Of a DNA stretch of 47,599 nt, positions 11,201 to 26,200 are shown one piece after another. The notes below the pieces were generated by a model, which was not told the DNA's origin, searched no databases, and saw nothing but the letters and a program-made list of their open reading frames with translations. Numbering within the stretch: the stretch's first letter is position 1; the number at the start of each line of letters is the position of its first letter. The stretch is from Nemertoderma westbladi (taxonomy: Eukaryota > Animalia > Xenacoelomorpha): assembly GCA_032718475.1 (NCBI GenBank), contig JAUCBJ010001587.1, positions 1 to 47,599 on the forward strand, written 5' to 3'. The translations under genes and the position numbers were made by a program.

Positions 11201-14200
11201 GATCGTGGTGTTTGGAGTTTACAGGCATCTCAATGTGCAGCCGGGTTCGTGTACATTTCTTTTGATGATCGTGGTGTTTGGAGTTTACAGGCATATCAAT
11301 GTGCAGCCGGGTTTGTGTACAATTCCTTTGATGATCGTGGTGTTTGGAGTTTACAGGCATCTCAATGTGCAACCGGGTTCGTGTACAATTCCTTTTATGA
11401 TCGTGGTGTTTGGAGTTTACAGGCATCTGAATGTGCAACCGGGTTCGTGTACAATTCCTTTGATGATCGTGGTGTTTGGAGTACAGGCACCTCAATGTGC
11501 AACCGGGTTCGGGTACAATTCCTTTGATGATCGTGGTGTTTGGAGTTTACAGGCATCTCAATGTGCAGCCGTGTTCGTGTACAATTCCTTTGATGATCGT
11601 GGTGTTTGGAGTATACAGGCATCTCAATGTGCAGCCGGGTTTGTGTACAATTCCTTTGATGATCGTGGTGTTTGGAGTTTACAGGCACCTCAATGTGCAA
11701 CCGGGTTCGGGTACAATTCCTTTGATGATCGTGGTGTTAGGAGTTTACTGGCATCTCAATGTGCAACCGGGTTCGTGTACAATTCCTTTGATGATCGTGG
11801 TGTTTGGAGTTTACAGGCATCTCAATGTGCAGCCGGGTTCGGGTACAATTCCTTTGATGATCGTGGTGTTTGGAGTATACAGGCATCTCAATGTGCAACC
11901 GGGTTCGTGTACAATTCCTTTGATGATCGTGGTGTTTGGAGTTTACAGGCATCTCAATGTGCAGCCGTGTTCGTGTACAATTCCTTTGATGATCGTGGTG
12001 TTTGGAGTACAGGCACCTCAATGTGCAACCGGGTTCGGGTACAATTCCTTTGATGATCGTGGTGTTTGGAGTTTACAGGCATCTCAATGTGCAACCGGGT
12101 TCGGGTACAAATCCTTTGATAATCGTGGTGTTTGTAGTTTACAGGCATCTCAATGTGCAGCCGGGTTCGGGTACAATTCCTTTGATGATCGTGGTGTTTG
12201 GAGTTTACAGGCATCTCAATGTGCAACCGGGTTCGGGTACAAATCCTTTGATAATCGTGGTGTTTGTAGTTTACAGGCATCTCAATGTGCAGCCGGGTTC
12301 GTGTACAATTACTTTGATTATCGTGGTGTTTGGAGTTTACAGGCATCTCAATTTGCAGCCGGGTTCGGGTACAATTCCTTTGATGATCGTGGTGTTTGGA
12401 GTTTACAGGCATCTCAATGTGCAACCGGGTTCGTGTACAATTACTTTGATTATCGTGGTGTTTGGAGTTTACAGGCATCTCAATGTGCAGCCGGGTTCGT
12501 GTACAATTACTTTGATTAGCGTGGCGTTTTTCAGTTTACAGGCATCTCAATGTGCAGCCGGGTTCGTGTACAATTACTTTGATTATCGTTGTGTTTGGAG
12601 TTTACAGGCATCTCAATGTGCAGCCGGGTTCGTGTACAATTACTTTGATTATCGTTGTGTTTGGAGTTTACAGGCATCTCAATGTGCAGCCGGGTTCGTG
12701 TACAATTACTTTGATTATCGTGGTGTTTTTCAGTTTACAGGCATCTCAATGTGCAGCCGGGTTCGTGTACAATTACTTTGATTATCGTTGTGTTTGGAGT
12801 TTACAGGCATCTCAATGTGCAACCGGGTTCGTTTACAATACCTTTGATGATCGTGGTGTTTGGAGTTTACAGGGATCTCAATGTGCAGCCGGGTTCGTGT
12901 ACAATTCATTTGATGATCGTGGTGTTTGGAGTTTACAGGCATCTCAATGTGCAGCCGGGTTCGTTTACAATTACTTTGATGATCGTGGTGTTTGGAGTTT
13001 ACAGGCATCTCAATGTGCAGCCGGGTTCGTGTACAATTCCTTTGATGATCGTGGTGTTTGGAGTTTACAGGCATCTCAATGTGCAGCCGTGTTCGTGTAC
13101 AATTCCTTTGATGATCGTGGTGTTTGGAGTTTACAGGCATCTCAATGTGCAACCGGGTTCGTGTACAATTCCTTTTATGATCGTGGTGTTTGGAGTTTAC
13201 AGGCATCTCAATGTGCAACCGGGTTTGTGTACAATTCCTTTGATGATCGTGGTGTTTGGAGTACAGGCACCTCAATGTGCAACCGGGTTCGGGTACAATT
13301 CCTTTGATGATCGTGGTGTTTGGAGTTTACAGGCATCTCAATGTGCAACCGGGTTCGGGTACAAATCCTTTGATAATCGTGGTGTTTGTAGTTTACAGGC
13401 ATCTCAATGTGCAGCCGGGTTCGGGTACAATTCCTTTGATGATCGTGGTGTTTGGAGTTTACAGGCATCTCAATGTGCAGCCGGGTTCGTGTACAATTCC
13501 TTTGATGATCGTGGTGTTTGGAGTACAGGCACCTCAATGTGCAACCGGGTTCGGGTACAATTCCTTTGATGATCGTGGTGTTTGGAGTTTACAGGCATCT
13601 CAATGTGCAGCCGTGTTCGTGTACAATTCCTTTGATGATCGTGGTGTTTGGAGTACAGGCACCTCAATGTGCAACCGGGTTCGTGTACAATTCCTTTGAT
13701 GATCGTGGTGTTTGGAGTACAGGCACCTCAATGTGCAACCGGGTTCGTGTACAATTCCTTTGATGATCGTGGTGTTTGGAGTACAGGCACCTCAATGTGC
13801 AACCGGGTTCGGGTACAATTCCTTTGATGATCGTGGTGTTTGGAGTACAGGCACCTCAATGTGCAGCCGTGTTCGTGTACAATTCCTTTGATGATCGTGG
13901 TGTTTGGAGTTTACAGGCATCTCAATGTGCAGCCGGGTTCGTGTACAATTCATTTGATGATCGTGGTGTTTGGAGTTTACAGGCATCTCAATGTGCAGCC
14001 GGGTTCGTTTACAATTCCTTTGATGATCGTGGTGTTTGGAGTTTACAGGCACCTCAATGTGCAACCGGGTTCGGGTACAATTCCTTTGATGATCGTGGTG
14101 TTTGGAGTTTACAGGCATCTCAATGTGCAGCCGGGTTCGTTTACAATTCCTTTGATGATCGTGGTGTTTGGAGTTTACAGGGATCTCAATGTGCAGCCGG

Positions 14201-17200
14201 GTTCGTTTACAATTCCTTTGATGATCGTGGTGTTTGGAGTTTACAGGCATCTCAATGTGCAGCCGGGTTCGTTTACAATTCCTTTGATGATCGTGGTGTT
14301 TGGAGTTTACAGGGATCTCAATGTGCAGCCGGGTTCGTGTACAATTCCTTTGATGATCGTGGTGTTTGGAGTTTACTGGCATCTCAATGTGCAGCCAGGT
14401 TCGTGTACAATTCCTTTGATGATCGTGGTGTTTGGAGTACAGGCACCTCAATGTGCAACCGGGTTCGGGTACAATTCCTTTGATGATCGTGGTGTTTGGA
14501 GTACAGGCACCTCAATGTGCAACCGGGTTCGGGTACAATTCATTTGATGATCGTGGTGTTTGGAGTTTACAGGCATCTCAATGTGCAACCGGGTTCGGGT
14601 ACAAATCCTTTGATAATCGTGGTGTTTGTAGTTTACAGGCATCTCAATGTGCAGCCGGGTTCGTGTACAATTACTTTGATTATCGTGGTGTTTGGAGTTT
14701 ACAGGCATCTCAATGTGCAGCCGGGTTCGGGTACAATTCCTTTGATGATCGTGGTGTTTGGAGTTTACAGGCATCTCAATGTGCAACCGGGTTCGTGTAC
14801 AATTACTTTGATTATCGTGGTGTTTGGAGTTTACAGGCATCTCAATGTGCAGCCGGGTTCGTGTACAATTACTTTGATGATCGTGGTGTGTTTGGAGTTT
14901 ACAGGCATCTCAATGTGCAGCCGGGTTCGTGTACAATTCCTTTGATGATCGTGGTGTGTTTGGAGTTTACAGGCACCTCAATGTGCAACCGGGTTCGTGT
15001 ACAATTCCTTTGATTATCGTGGTGTTTGGAGTTTACAGGCATCTCAATGTGCAGCCGGGTTCGGGTACAATTCCTTTGATGATCGTGGTGTGTTTGGAGT
15101 TTACAGGCATCTCAATGTGCAGCCGGGTTCGTGTACAATTCCTTTGATGATTGTGGTGTTTGGAGTACAGGCACCTCAATGTGCAGCCGGGTTCGGGTAC
15201 AACTCCTTTGATGATCGTGGTGTTTGGAGTTTACAGGCATCTCAATGTGCAGCCGGGTTCGTGTACAATTCCTTTGATGATCGTGGTGTTTGGAGTTTAC
15301 AGGCATCTCAATGTGCAGCCGGGTTCGTGTACAATTCCTTTGATGATCGTGGTGTTTGGAGTTTACAGGCATCTCAATGTGCAACCGGGTTCGGGTACAA
15401 TTCCTTTGATTATCGTGGTGTTTGGAGTACAGGCACCTCAATGTGCAGCCGGGTTCGTGTACAATTCCTTTGATGATCGTGGTGTTTGGAGTTTACAGGC
15501 ACCTCAATGTGCAACCGGGTTCGTGTACAATTACTTTGATTATCGTGGTGTTTTTCAGTTTACAGGCATCTCAATGTGCAGCCGGGTTCGTGTACAATTA
15601 CTTTGATTATCGTGGTGTTTTTCAGTTTACAGGCATCTCAATGTGCAGCCGGGTTCGTGTACAATTACTTTGATTATCGTTGTGTTTGGAGTTTACAGGC
15701 ATCTCAATGTGCAGCCGGGTTCGTGTACAATTACTTTGATGATCGTGGTGTGTTTGGAGTTTACAGGCATCTCAATGTGCAGCCGGGTTCGTGTACAATT
15801 CCTTTGATGATCGTGGTGTTTGGAGTTTACAGGGATCTCAATGTGCAGCCGGGTTCGTGTACAATTCCTTTGATGATCGTGGTGTTTGGAGTACAGGCAT
15901 CTCAATGTGCAGCCGGGTTCGGGTACAATTCCTTTGATGATCGTGGTGTTTGGAGTTTACAGGCATCTCAATGTGCAGCCGTGTTCGTGTACAATTCCTT
16001 TGATGATCGTGGTGTTTGGAGTTTACAGGCATCTCAATGTGCAGCCGTGTTCGTGTACAATTCCTTTGATGATCGTGGTGTTTGGAGTTTACAGGCATCT
16101 CAATGTGCAGCCGGGTTCGTGTACAATTCCTTTGATGATTGTGGTGTTTGGAGTACAGGCACCTCAATGTGCAGCCGGGTTCGGGTACAATTACTTTGAT
16201 TATCGTGGTGTTTTTCAGTTTACAGGCATCTCAATGTGCAGCCGGGATCGTGTACAATTCCTTTGATGATCGTGGTGTTTGGAGTTTACAGGCATCTCAA
16301 TGTGCAGCCGGGTTCGTTTACAATTCCTTTGATGATCGTGGTGTTTGGAGTTTACAGGCATCTCAATGTGCAGCCGGGTTCGTGTACAATTCCTTTGATG
16401 ATCGTGGTGTTTGGAGTTTACAGGCACCTCAATGTGCAGCCGGGATCGTGTACAATTCCTTTGATGATCGTGGTGTTTGGAGTACAGGCATCTCAATGTG
16501 CAGCCGGGTTCGGGTACAATTCCTTTGATGATCGTGGTGTTTGGAGTTTACAGGCATCTCAATGTGCAGCCGTGTTCGTGTACAATTCCTTTGATGATCG
16601 TGGTGTTTGGAGTTTACAGGCATCTCAATGTGCAGCCGTGTTCGTGTACAATTCCTTTGATGATCGTGGTGTTTGGAGTTTACAGGCATCTCAATGTGCA
16701 GCCGGGTTCGTGTACAATTACTTTGATTATCGTGGTGTTTTTCAGTTTACAGGCATCTCAATGTGCAGCCGGGTTCGTGTACAATTCCTTTGATGATCGT
16801 GGTGTTTGGAGTTTACAGGCACCTCAATGTGCAGCCGGGATCGTGTACAATTCCTTTGATGATCGTGGTGTTTGGAGTACAGGCATCTCAATGTGCAGCC
16901 GGGTTCGGGTACAATTCCTTTGATGATCGTGGTGTTTGGAGTTTACAGGCATCTCAATGTGCAGCCGTGTTCGTGTACAATTCCTTTGATGATCGTGGTG
17001 TTTGGAGTTTACAGGCATCTCAATGTGCAGCCGTGTTCGTGTACAATTCCTTTGATGATCGTGGTGTTTGGAGTTTACAGGCATCTCAATGTGCAGCCGG
17101 GTTCGTGTACAATTACTTTGATTATCGTGGTGTTTTTCAGTTTACAGGCATCTCAATGTGCAACCGGGATCGTGTACAATTCCTTTGATGATTGTGGTGT

Positions 17201-20200
17201 TTGGAGTACAGGCACCTCAATGTGCAGCCGGGTTCGGGTACAATTACTTTGATTATCGTGGTGTTTTTCAGTTTACAGGCATCTCAATGTGCAGCCGGGA
17301 TCGTGTACAATTCCTTTGATGATCGTGGTGTTTGGAGTTTACAGGCATCTCAATGTGCAGCCGGGTTCGTTTACAATTCCTTTGATGATCGTGGTGTTTG
17401 GAGTTTACAGGCATCTCAATGTGCAGCCGGGTTCGTGTACAATTCCTTTGATGATCGTGGTGTTTGGAGTTTACAGGCACCTCAATGTGCAGCCGGGATC
17501 GTGTACAATTCCTTTGATGATCGTGGTGTTTGGAGTACAGGCATCTCAATGTGCAGCCGGGTTCGGGTACAATTCCTTTGATGATCGTGGTGTTTGGAGT
17601 TTACAGGCATCTCAATGTGCAGCCGGGTTCGTGTACAATTCCTTTGATGATCGTGGTGTTTGGAGTTTACAGGCATCTCAATGTGCAGCCGGGTTTGTGT
17701 ACAATTCCTTTGATGATCGTGGTGTTTGGAGTTTACAGGCATCTCAATGTGCAACCGGGTTCGGGTACAATTCCTTTGATGATCGTGGTGTTTGGAGTTT
17801 ACAGGCATCTCAATGTGCAGCCGGGTTCGTGTACAATTCCTTTGATGATCGTGGTGTTTGGAGTTTACAGGCATCTCAATGTGCAGCCGGGTTCGTTTAC
17901 AATTCCTTTGATTATCGTTGTGATTGGAGTTTACAGGCATCTCAATGTGCAGCCGGGTTCGTGTACAATTACTTTGATGATCGTGGTGTGTTTGGAGTTT
18001 ACAGGCATCTCAATGTGCAGCCGGGTTCGTGTACAATTACTTTGATTATCGTTGTGATTGGAGTTTACAGGCATCTCAATGTGCAGCCGGGTTCGTGTAC
18101 AATTACTTTGATGATCGTGGTGTGTTTGGAGTTTACAGGCATCTCAATGTGCAGCCGGGTTCGTGTACAATTCCTTTGATGATCGTGGTGTTTGGAGTTT
18201 ACAGGCATCTCAATGTGCAGCCGGGTTTGTGTACAATTCCTTTGATGATCGTGGTGTTTGGAGTTTACAGGCATCTCAATGTGCAGCCGGGTTCGGGTAC
18301 AATTCCTTTGATGATCGTGGTGTTTGGAGTTTACAGGCATCTCAATGTGCAACCGGGTTCGTGTACAATTACTTTGATTATCGTGGTGTTTGGAGTTTAC
18401 AGGCATCTCAATGTGCAGCCGGGTTCGTGTACAATTACTTTGATTAGCGTGGTGTTTTTCAGTTTACAGGCATCTCAATGTGCAGCCGGGTTCGTGTACA
18501 ATTACTTTGATTATCGTGGTGTTTTTCAGTTTACAGGCATCTCAATGTGCAGCCGGGTTCGTGTACAATTACTTTGATTATCGTTGTGTTTGGAGTTTAC
18601 AGGCATCTCAATGTGCAGCCGGGTTCGTGTACAATTACTTTGATTATCGTGGTGTTTTTCAGTTTACAGGCATCTCAATGTGCAGCCGGGTTCGTGTACA
18701 ATTACTTTGATTATCGTTGTGTTTGGAGTTTACAGGCATCTCAATGTGCAACCGGGTTCGTTTACAATACCTTTGATGATCGTGGTGTTTGGAGTTTACA
18801 GGGATCTCAATGTGCAGCCGGGTTCGTGTACAATTCATTTGATGATCGTGGTGTTTGGAGTTTACAGGCATCTCAATGTGCAGCCGGGTTCGTTTACAAT
18901 TCCTTTGATGATGGTGGTCTTTGGAGGTTACAGGCATCTCAATGTGAAGCCGGGTTCGTGTATAATTACTTTGATGATCGTGGTGTTTGGAGGTTACAGG
19001 CATCTCAATGTGCAGCCGGGTTCGTTTACAATTACTTTGATGATCGTGGTGTTTGGAGTTTACAGGCATCTCAATGTGCAGCCGGGTTCGTGTACAATTC
19101 CTTTGATGATCGTGGTGTTTGGAGTTTACAGGCATCTCAATGTGCGGCCGGGTTCGTGTATAATTACTTTGATGATCGTGGTGTTTGGAGTTTACAGGCA
19201 TCTCAATGTGCAGCCGGGTTCGTTTACAATTACTTTGATGATCGTGATCGTGGTGTTTGGAGTTTACAGGCATCTCAATGTGCAGCCGGGTTCGTGTACA
19301 ATTCCTTTGATGATCGTGGTGTTAGGAGTTTACAGGCATCTCAATGTGCAGCCGTGTTCGTGTACAATTCCTTTGATGATCGTGGTGTTTGGAGTTTACA
19401 GGCATCTCAATGTGCAGCCGTGTTCGTGTACAATTCCTTTGATGATCGTGGTGTTTGGAGTTTACAGGCATCTCAATGTGCAGCCGGGTTCGTTTACAAT
19501 TACTTTGATGATCGTGATCGTGGTGTTTGGAGTTTACAGGCATCTCAATGTGCAGCCGGGTTTGTGTACAATTCCTTTGATGATCGTGGTGTTTGGAGTT
19601 TACAGGCATCTCAATGTGCAGCCGGGTTCGTGTACATTTCTTTTGATGATCGTGGTGTTTGGAGTTTACAGGCATATCAATGTGCAGCCGGGTTCGTGTA
19701 CAATTCCTTTGATGATCGTGGTGTTTGGAGTTTACAGGCATCTCAATGTGCAACCGGGTTCGTGTACAATTCCTTTTATGATCGTGGTGTTTGGAGTTTA
19801 CAGGCATCTCAATGTGCAACCGGGTTCGTGTACAATTCCTTTGATGATCGTGGTGTTTGGAGTTTACAGGCATCTCAATGTGCAACCGGGTTCGTGTACA
19901 ATTCCTTTGATGATCGTGGTGTTTGGAGTACAGGCACCTCAATGTGCAACCGGGTTCGGGTACAATTCCTTTGATGATCGTGGTGTTTGGAGTTTACAGG
20001 CATCTCAATGTGCAACCGGGTTCGTGTACAATTCCTTTGATGATCGTGGTGTTTGGAGTTTACAGGCATCTCAATGTGCAGCCGTGTTCGTGTACAATTC
20101 CTTTGATGATCGTGGTGTTTGGAGTATACAGGCATCTCAATGTGCAGCCGGGTTCGTGTACAATTCCTTTGATGATCGTGGTGTTTGGAGTTTACAGGCA

Positions 20201-23200
20201 TCTCAATGTGCAGCCGGGTTCGTGTACAATTCCTTTGATGATCGTGGTGTTTGGAGTACAGGCACCTCAATGTGCAACCGGGTTCGGGTACAATTCCCTT
20301 GATGATCGTGGTGTTTGGAGTTTACAGGCATCTCAATGTGCAACCGGGTTCGGGTACAAATCCTTTGATAATCGTGGTGTTTGTAGTTTACAGGCATCTC
20401 AATGTGCAGCCGGGTTCGGGTACAATTCCTTTGATGATCGTGGTGTTTGGAGTTTACAGGCATCTCAATGTGCAGCCGGGTTCGTGTACAATTCCTTTGA
20501 TGATCGTGGTGTTTGGAGTACAGGCACCTCAATGTGCAACCGGGTTCGGGTACAATTCCTTTGATGATCGTGGTGTTTGGAGTTTACAGGTATCTCAATG
20601 TGCAGCCGTGTTCGTGTACAATTCCTTTGATGATCGTGGTGTTTGGAGTACAGGCACCTCAATGTGCAACTGGGTTCGGGTACAATTCCTTTGATGATCG
20701 TGGTGTTTGGAGTTTACAGGCATCTCAATGTGCAACCGGGTTCGGGTACAAATCCTTTGATAATCGTGGTGTTTCGAGTTTACAGGCATCTCAATGTGCA
20801 GCCGGGTTCGTTTACAAAATCTTTGATGATCGTGGTGTTTGGAGTTTACAGGCATCTCAATGTGCAACCGGGTTCGTGTACAATGCATTTGATGATCGTG
20901 GTATTTGGAGTACAGGCTTCTCATTGTGCAACCTGGATCGTGTACAATTCCTTTGATGATCGTGGTGTTTGGAGTTTACAGGCACCTCAATGTGCAGCCG
21001 GGTTCGTGTACAATTCCTTTGATGATCGTGGTGTTTGAAGTTTACAGGCATCTCCATGTGCAACCGGGTTCGTGTACAATTCCTTTGATGATCGTGGTGT
21101 GTTTGGAGTTTACAGGCATCTCCATGTGCAACCGGGTTCGTGTACAATTCCTTTGATGATCGTGGTGTGTTTGGAGTTTACAGGCATCTCAATGTGCAAC
21201 CGGGTTCGTGTACAATTCCTTTTATGATCGTGGTGTTTGGAGTTTCCAGGCATCTCAATGTGCAGCCGGGTGCGTGTACAATTACTTTGATTATCGTGGT
21301 GTTTGAAGTTTACAGGCATCTCCATGTGCAACCGGGTTCGTGTACAATTCCTTTGATGATCGTGGTGTGTTTGGAGTTTACAGGCATCTCCATGTGCAAC
21401 CGGGTTCGTGTACAATTCCTTTGATGATCGTGGTGTGTTTGGAGTTTACAGGCATCTCAATGTGCAGCCGGGTTCGTGTACAATTCCTTTGATGATCGTG
21501 GTGTTTGGAGTTTACAGGCATCTCAATGTGCAGCCGGGTTTGTGTACAATTCCTTTGATGATCGTGGTGTTTGGAGTTTACAGGCATCTCAATGTGCAGC
21601 CGTGTTCGTGTACAATTCCTTTGATGATCGTGGTGTTTGGAGTATACAGGCATCTCAATGTGCAGCCGGGTTCGTGTACAATTCCTTTGATGATCGTGGT
21701 GTTTGGAGTACAGGCACCTCAATGTGCAACCGGGTTCGGGTACAATTCCTTTGATGATCGTGGTGTTTGGAGTTTACAGGCATCTCAATGTGCAACCGGG
21801 TTCGTGTACAATTCCTTTGATGATCGTGGTGTTTGGAGTTTACAGGCATCTCAATGTGCAGCCGTGTTCGTGTACTATTCCTTTGATGATCGTGGTGTTT
21901 GGAGTATACAGGCATCTCAATGTGCAGCCGGGTTCGTGTACAATTCCTTTGATGATCGTGGTGTTTGGAGTACAGGCACCTCAATGTTCAACCGGGTTCG
22001 GGTACAATTCCTTTGATGATCGTGGTGTTTGGAGTTTACAGGCATCTCAATGTGCAGCCGGGTTCGGGTACAATTCCTTTGATGATCGTGGTGTTTGGAG
22101 TTTACAGGCATCTCAATGTGCAGCCGGGTTCGTGTACAATTCCTTTGATGATCGTGGTGTTTGGAGTACAGGCACCTCAATGTGCAGCCGGGTTCGGGTA
22201 CAATTCCTTTGATGATCGTGGTGTTTGGAGTTTACAGGCATCTCAATGTGCAACCGGGTTCGGGTACAAATCCTTTGATAATCGTGGTGTTTGTAGTTTA
22301 CAGGCATCTCAATGTGCAGCCGGGTTCGGGTACAATTCCTTTGATGATCGTGGTGTTTGGAGTTTACAGGCATCTCAATGTGCAGCCGGGTTCGTGTACA
22401 ATTACTTTGATTATCGTTGTGTTTGGAGTTTACAGGCATCTCAATGTGCAGCCGGGTTCGGGTACAATTCCTTTGATGATCGTGGTGTTTGGAGCACAGG
22501 CACCTCAATGTGCAACCGGGTTCGGGTACAATTCCTTTGATGATCGTGGTGTTTGGAGTTTACAGGCATCTCAATGTGCAGCCGGGTTCGTGTACAATTA
22601 CTTTGATTATCGTGGTGTTTGGAGTTTACAGGCATCTCAATGTGCAGCCGGGTTCGGGTACAATTCCTTTGATGATCGTGGTGTTTGGAGCACAGGCACC
22701 TCAATGTGCAACCGGGTTCGGGTACAATTCCTTTGATGATCGTGGTGTTTGGAGTTTACAGGCATCTCAATGTGCAGCCGTGTTCGTGTACAATTCCTTT
22801 GATGATCGTGGTGTTTGGAGTACAGGCACCTCAATGTGCAACCGGGTTCGGGTACAATTCCTTTGATAATCGTGGTGTTTGTAGTTTACAGGCATCTCAA
22901 TGTGCAGCCGGGTTCGTGTACAATTACTTTGATTATCGTGGTGTTTGGAGTTTACAGGCATCTCAATGTGCAGCCGTGTTCGGGTACAATTCCTTTGATG
23001 ATCGTGGTGTTTGGAGTTTACAGGCATCTCAATGTGCAACCGGGTTCGTGTACAATTCCTTTGATGATCGTGGTGTTTGGAGTACAGGCACCTCAATGTG
23101 CAACCGGGTTCGGGTACAATTCCTTTGATGATCGTGGTGTTTGGAGTACAGGCACCTCAATGTGCAACCGGGTTCGGGTACAATTCATTTGATGATCGTG

Positions 23201-26200
23201 GTGTTTGGAGTTTACAGGCATCTCAATGTGCAACCGGGTTCGGGTACAAATCCTTTGATAATCGTGGTGTTTGTAGTTTACAGGCATCTCAATGTGCAGC
23301 CGGGTTCGTGTACAATTACTTTGATTATCGTGGTGTTTGGAGTTTACAGGCATCTCAATGTGCAGCCGGGTTCGGGTACAATTCCTTTGATGATCGTGGT
23401 GTTTGGAGTTTACAGGCATCTCAATGTGCAACCGGGTTCGTGTACAATTACTTTGATTATCGTGGTGTTTGGAGTTTACAGGCATCTCAATGTGCAGCCG
23501 GGTTCGTGTACAATTACTTTGATTATCGTGGTGTTTTTCAGTTTACAGGCATCTCAATGTGCAGCCGGGTTCGTGTACAATTACTTTGATTATCGTTGTG
23601 TTTGGAGTTTACAGGCATCTCAATGTGCAGCCGGGTTCGTGTACAATTACTTTGATTATCGTGGTGTTTTTCAGTTTACAGGCATCTCAATGTGCAACCG
23701 GGTTCGTTTACAATACCTTTGATGATCGTGGTGTTTGGAGTTTACAGGGATCTCAATGTGCAGCCGGGTTCGTGTACAATTCATTTGATGATCGTGGTGT
23801 TTGGAGTTTACAGGCATCTCAATGTGCAGCCGGGTTCGTGTACAATTCCTTTGATGATCGTGGTGTTTGGAGTACAGGCACCTCAATGTGCAACCGGGTT
23901 CGGGTACAATTCCTTTGATGATCGTGGTGTTTGGAGTTTACAGGCATCTCAATGTGCAGCCGTGTTCGTGTACAATTCCTTTGATGATCGTGGTGTTTGG
24001 AGTACAGGCACCTCAATGTGCAACCGGGTTCGGGTACAATTCCTTTGATAATCGTGGTGTTTGTAGTTTACAGGCATCTCAATGTGCAGCCGGGTTCGTG
24101 TACAGTACAATTACTTTGATTATCGTGGTGTTTGGAGTTTACAGGCATCTCAATGTGCAGCCGTGTTCGGGTACAATTCCTTTGATGATCGTGGTGTTTG
24201 GAGTTTACAGGCATCTCAATGTGCAACCGGGTTCGTGTACAATTACTTTGATTATCGTGGTGTTTGGAGTTTACAGGCATCTCAATGTGCAGCCGGGTTC
24301 GTGTACAATTACTTTGATTATCGTGGTGTTTTTCAGTTTACAGGCATCTCAATGTGCAGCCGGGTTCGTGTACAATTACTTTGATTATCGTTGTGTTTGG
24401 AGTTTACAGGCATCTCAATGTGCAGCAGGGTTCGTGTACAATTACTTTGATTATCGTGGTGTTTGGAGTTTACAGGCATCTCAATGTGCAGCCGGGTTCG
24501 GGTTCAATTCCTTTGATGATCGTGGTGTTTGGAGTTTACAGGCATCTCAATGTGCAGCCGTGTTCGTGTACAATTCCTTTGATGATCGTGGTGTTTGGAG
24601 TACAGGCACCTCAATGTGCAACCGGGTTCGGGTACAATTCCTTTGATGATCGTGGTGTTTCGAGTTTACAGGCATCTCAATGTGCAACCGGATTCGGGTA
24701 CAAATCCTTTGATAATCGTGGTGTTTGTAGTTTACAGGCATCTCAATGTGCAGCCGGGTTCGTGTACAATTACTTTGATTATCGTGGTGTTTGGAGTTTA
24801 CAGGCATCTCAATGTGCAGCCGGGTTCGGGTACAATTCCTTTGATGATCGTGGTGTTTGGAGTACAGGCACCTCAATGTGCAACCGGGTTCGGGTACAAC
24901 TCCTTTGATGATCGTGGTGTTTGGAGTACAGGCACCTCAATGTGCAACCGGGTTCGGGTACAATTCATTTGATGATCGTGGTGTTTGGAGTTTACAGGCA
25001 TCTCAATGTGCAACCGGGTTCGGATACAAATCCTTTGATAATCGTGGTGTTTGTAGTTTACAGGCATCTCAATGTGCAGCCGGGTTCGGGTTCAATTCCT
25101 TTGATGATCGTGGTGTTTGTAGTTTACAGGCATCTCAATGTGCAGCCGGGTTCGGGTTCAATTCCTTTGATGATCGTGGTGTTTGGAGTTTACAGGCATC
25201 TCAATGTGCAGCCGGGTTCGGGTTCAATTCCTTTGATGATCGTGGTGTTTGGAGTTTACAGGCATCTCAATGTGCAGCCGGGTTCGGGTTCAATTCCTTT
25301 GATGATCGTGGTGTTTGGAGTTTACAGGCATCTCAATGTGCAGCCGGGTTCGGGTTCAATTCCTTTGATGATCGTGGTGTTTGGAGTTTACAGGCATCTC
25401 AATGTGCAGCCGGGTTCGGGTTCAATTCCTTTGATAATCGTGGTGTTTGTAGTTTACAGGCATCTCAATGTGCAGCCGGGTTCGGGTTCAATTCCTTTGA
25501 TGATCGTGGTGTTTGTAGTTTACAGGCATCTCAATGTGCAGCCGGGTTCGGGTTCAATTCCTTTGATGATCGTGGTGTTTGGAGTTTACAGGCATCTCAA
25601 TGTGCAGCCGGGTTCGGGTACAATTCCTTTGATGATCGTGGTGTTTGGAGTACAGGCACCTCAATGTGCAACCGGGTTCGGGTACAACTCCTTTGATGAT
25701 CGTGGTGTTTGGAGTACAGGCACCTCAATGTGCAACCGGGTTCGGGTACAATTCATTTGATGATCGTGGTGTTTGGAGTTTACAGGCATCTCAATGTGCA
25801 ACCGGGTTCGGATACAAATCCTTTGATAATCGTGGTGTTTGTAGTTTACAGGCATCTCAATGTGCAGCCGGGTTCGGGTTCAATTCCTTTGATGATCGTG
25901 GTGTTTGTAGTTTACAGGCATCTCAATGTGCAGCCGGGTTCGGGTTCAATTCCTTTGATGATCGTGGTGTTTGGAGTTTACAGGCATCTCAATGTGCAGC
26001 CGGGTTCGGGTTCAATTCCTTTGATGATCGTGGTGTTTGGAGTTTACAGGCATCTCAATGTGCAGCCGGGTTCGGGTTCAATTCCTTTAATGATCGTGGT
26101 GTTTGGAGTTTACAGGCATCTCAATGTGCAGCCGGGTTCGGGTTCAATTCCTTTGATGATCGTGGTGTTTGGAGTTTACAGGCATCTCAATGTGCAGCCG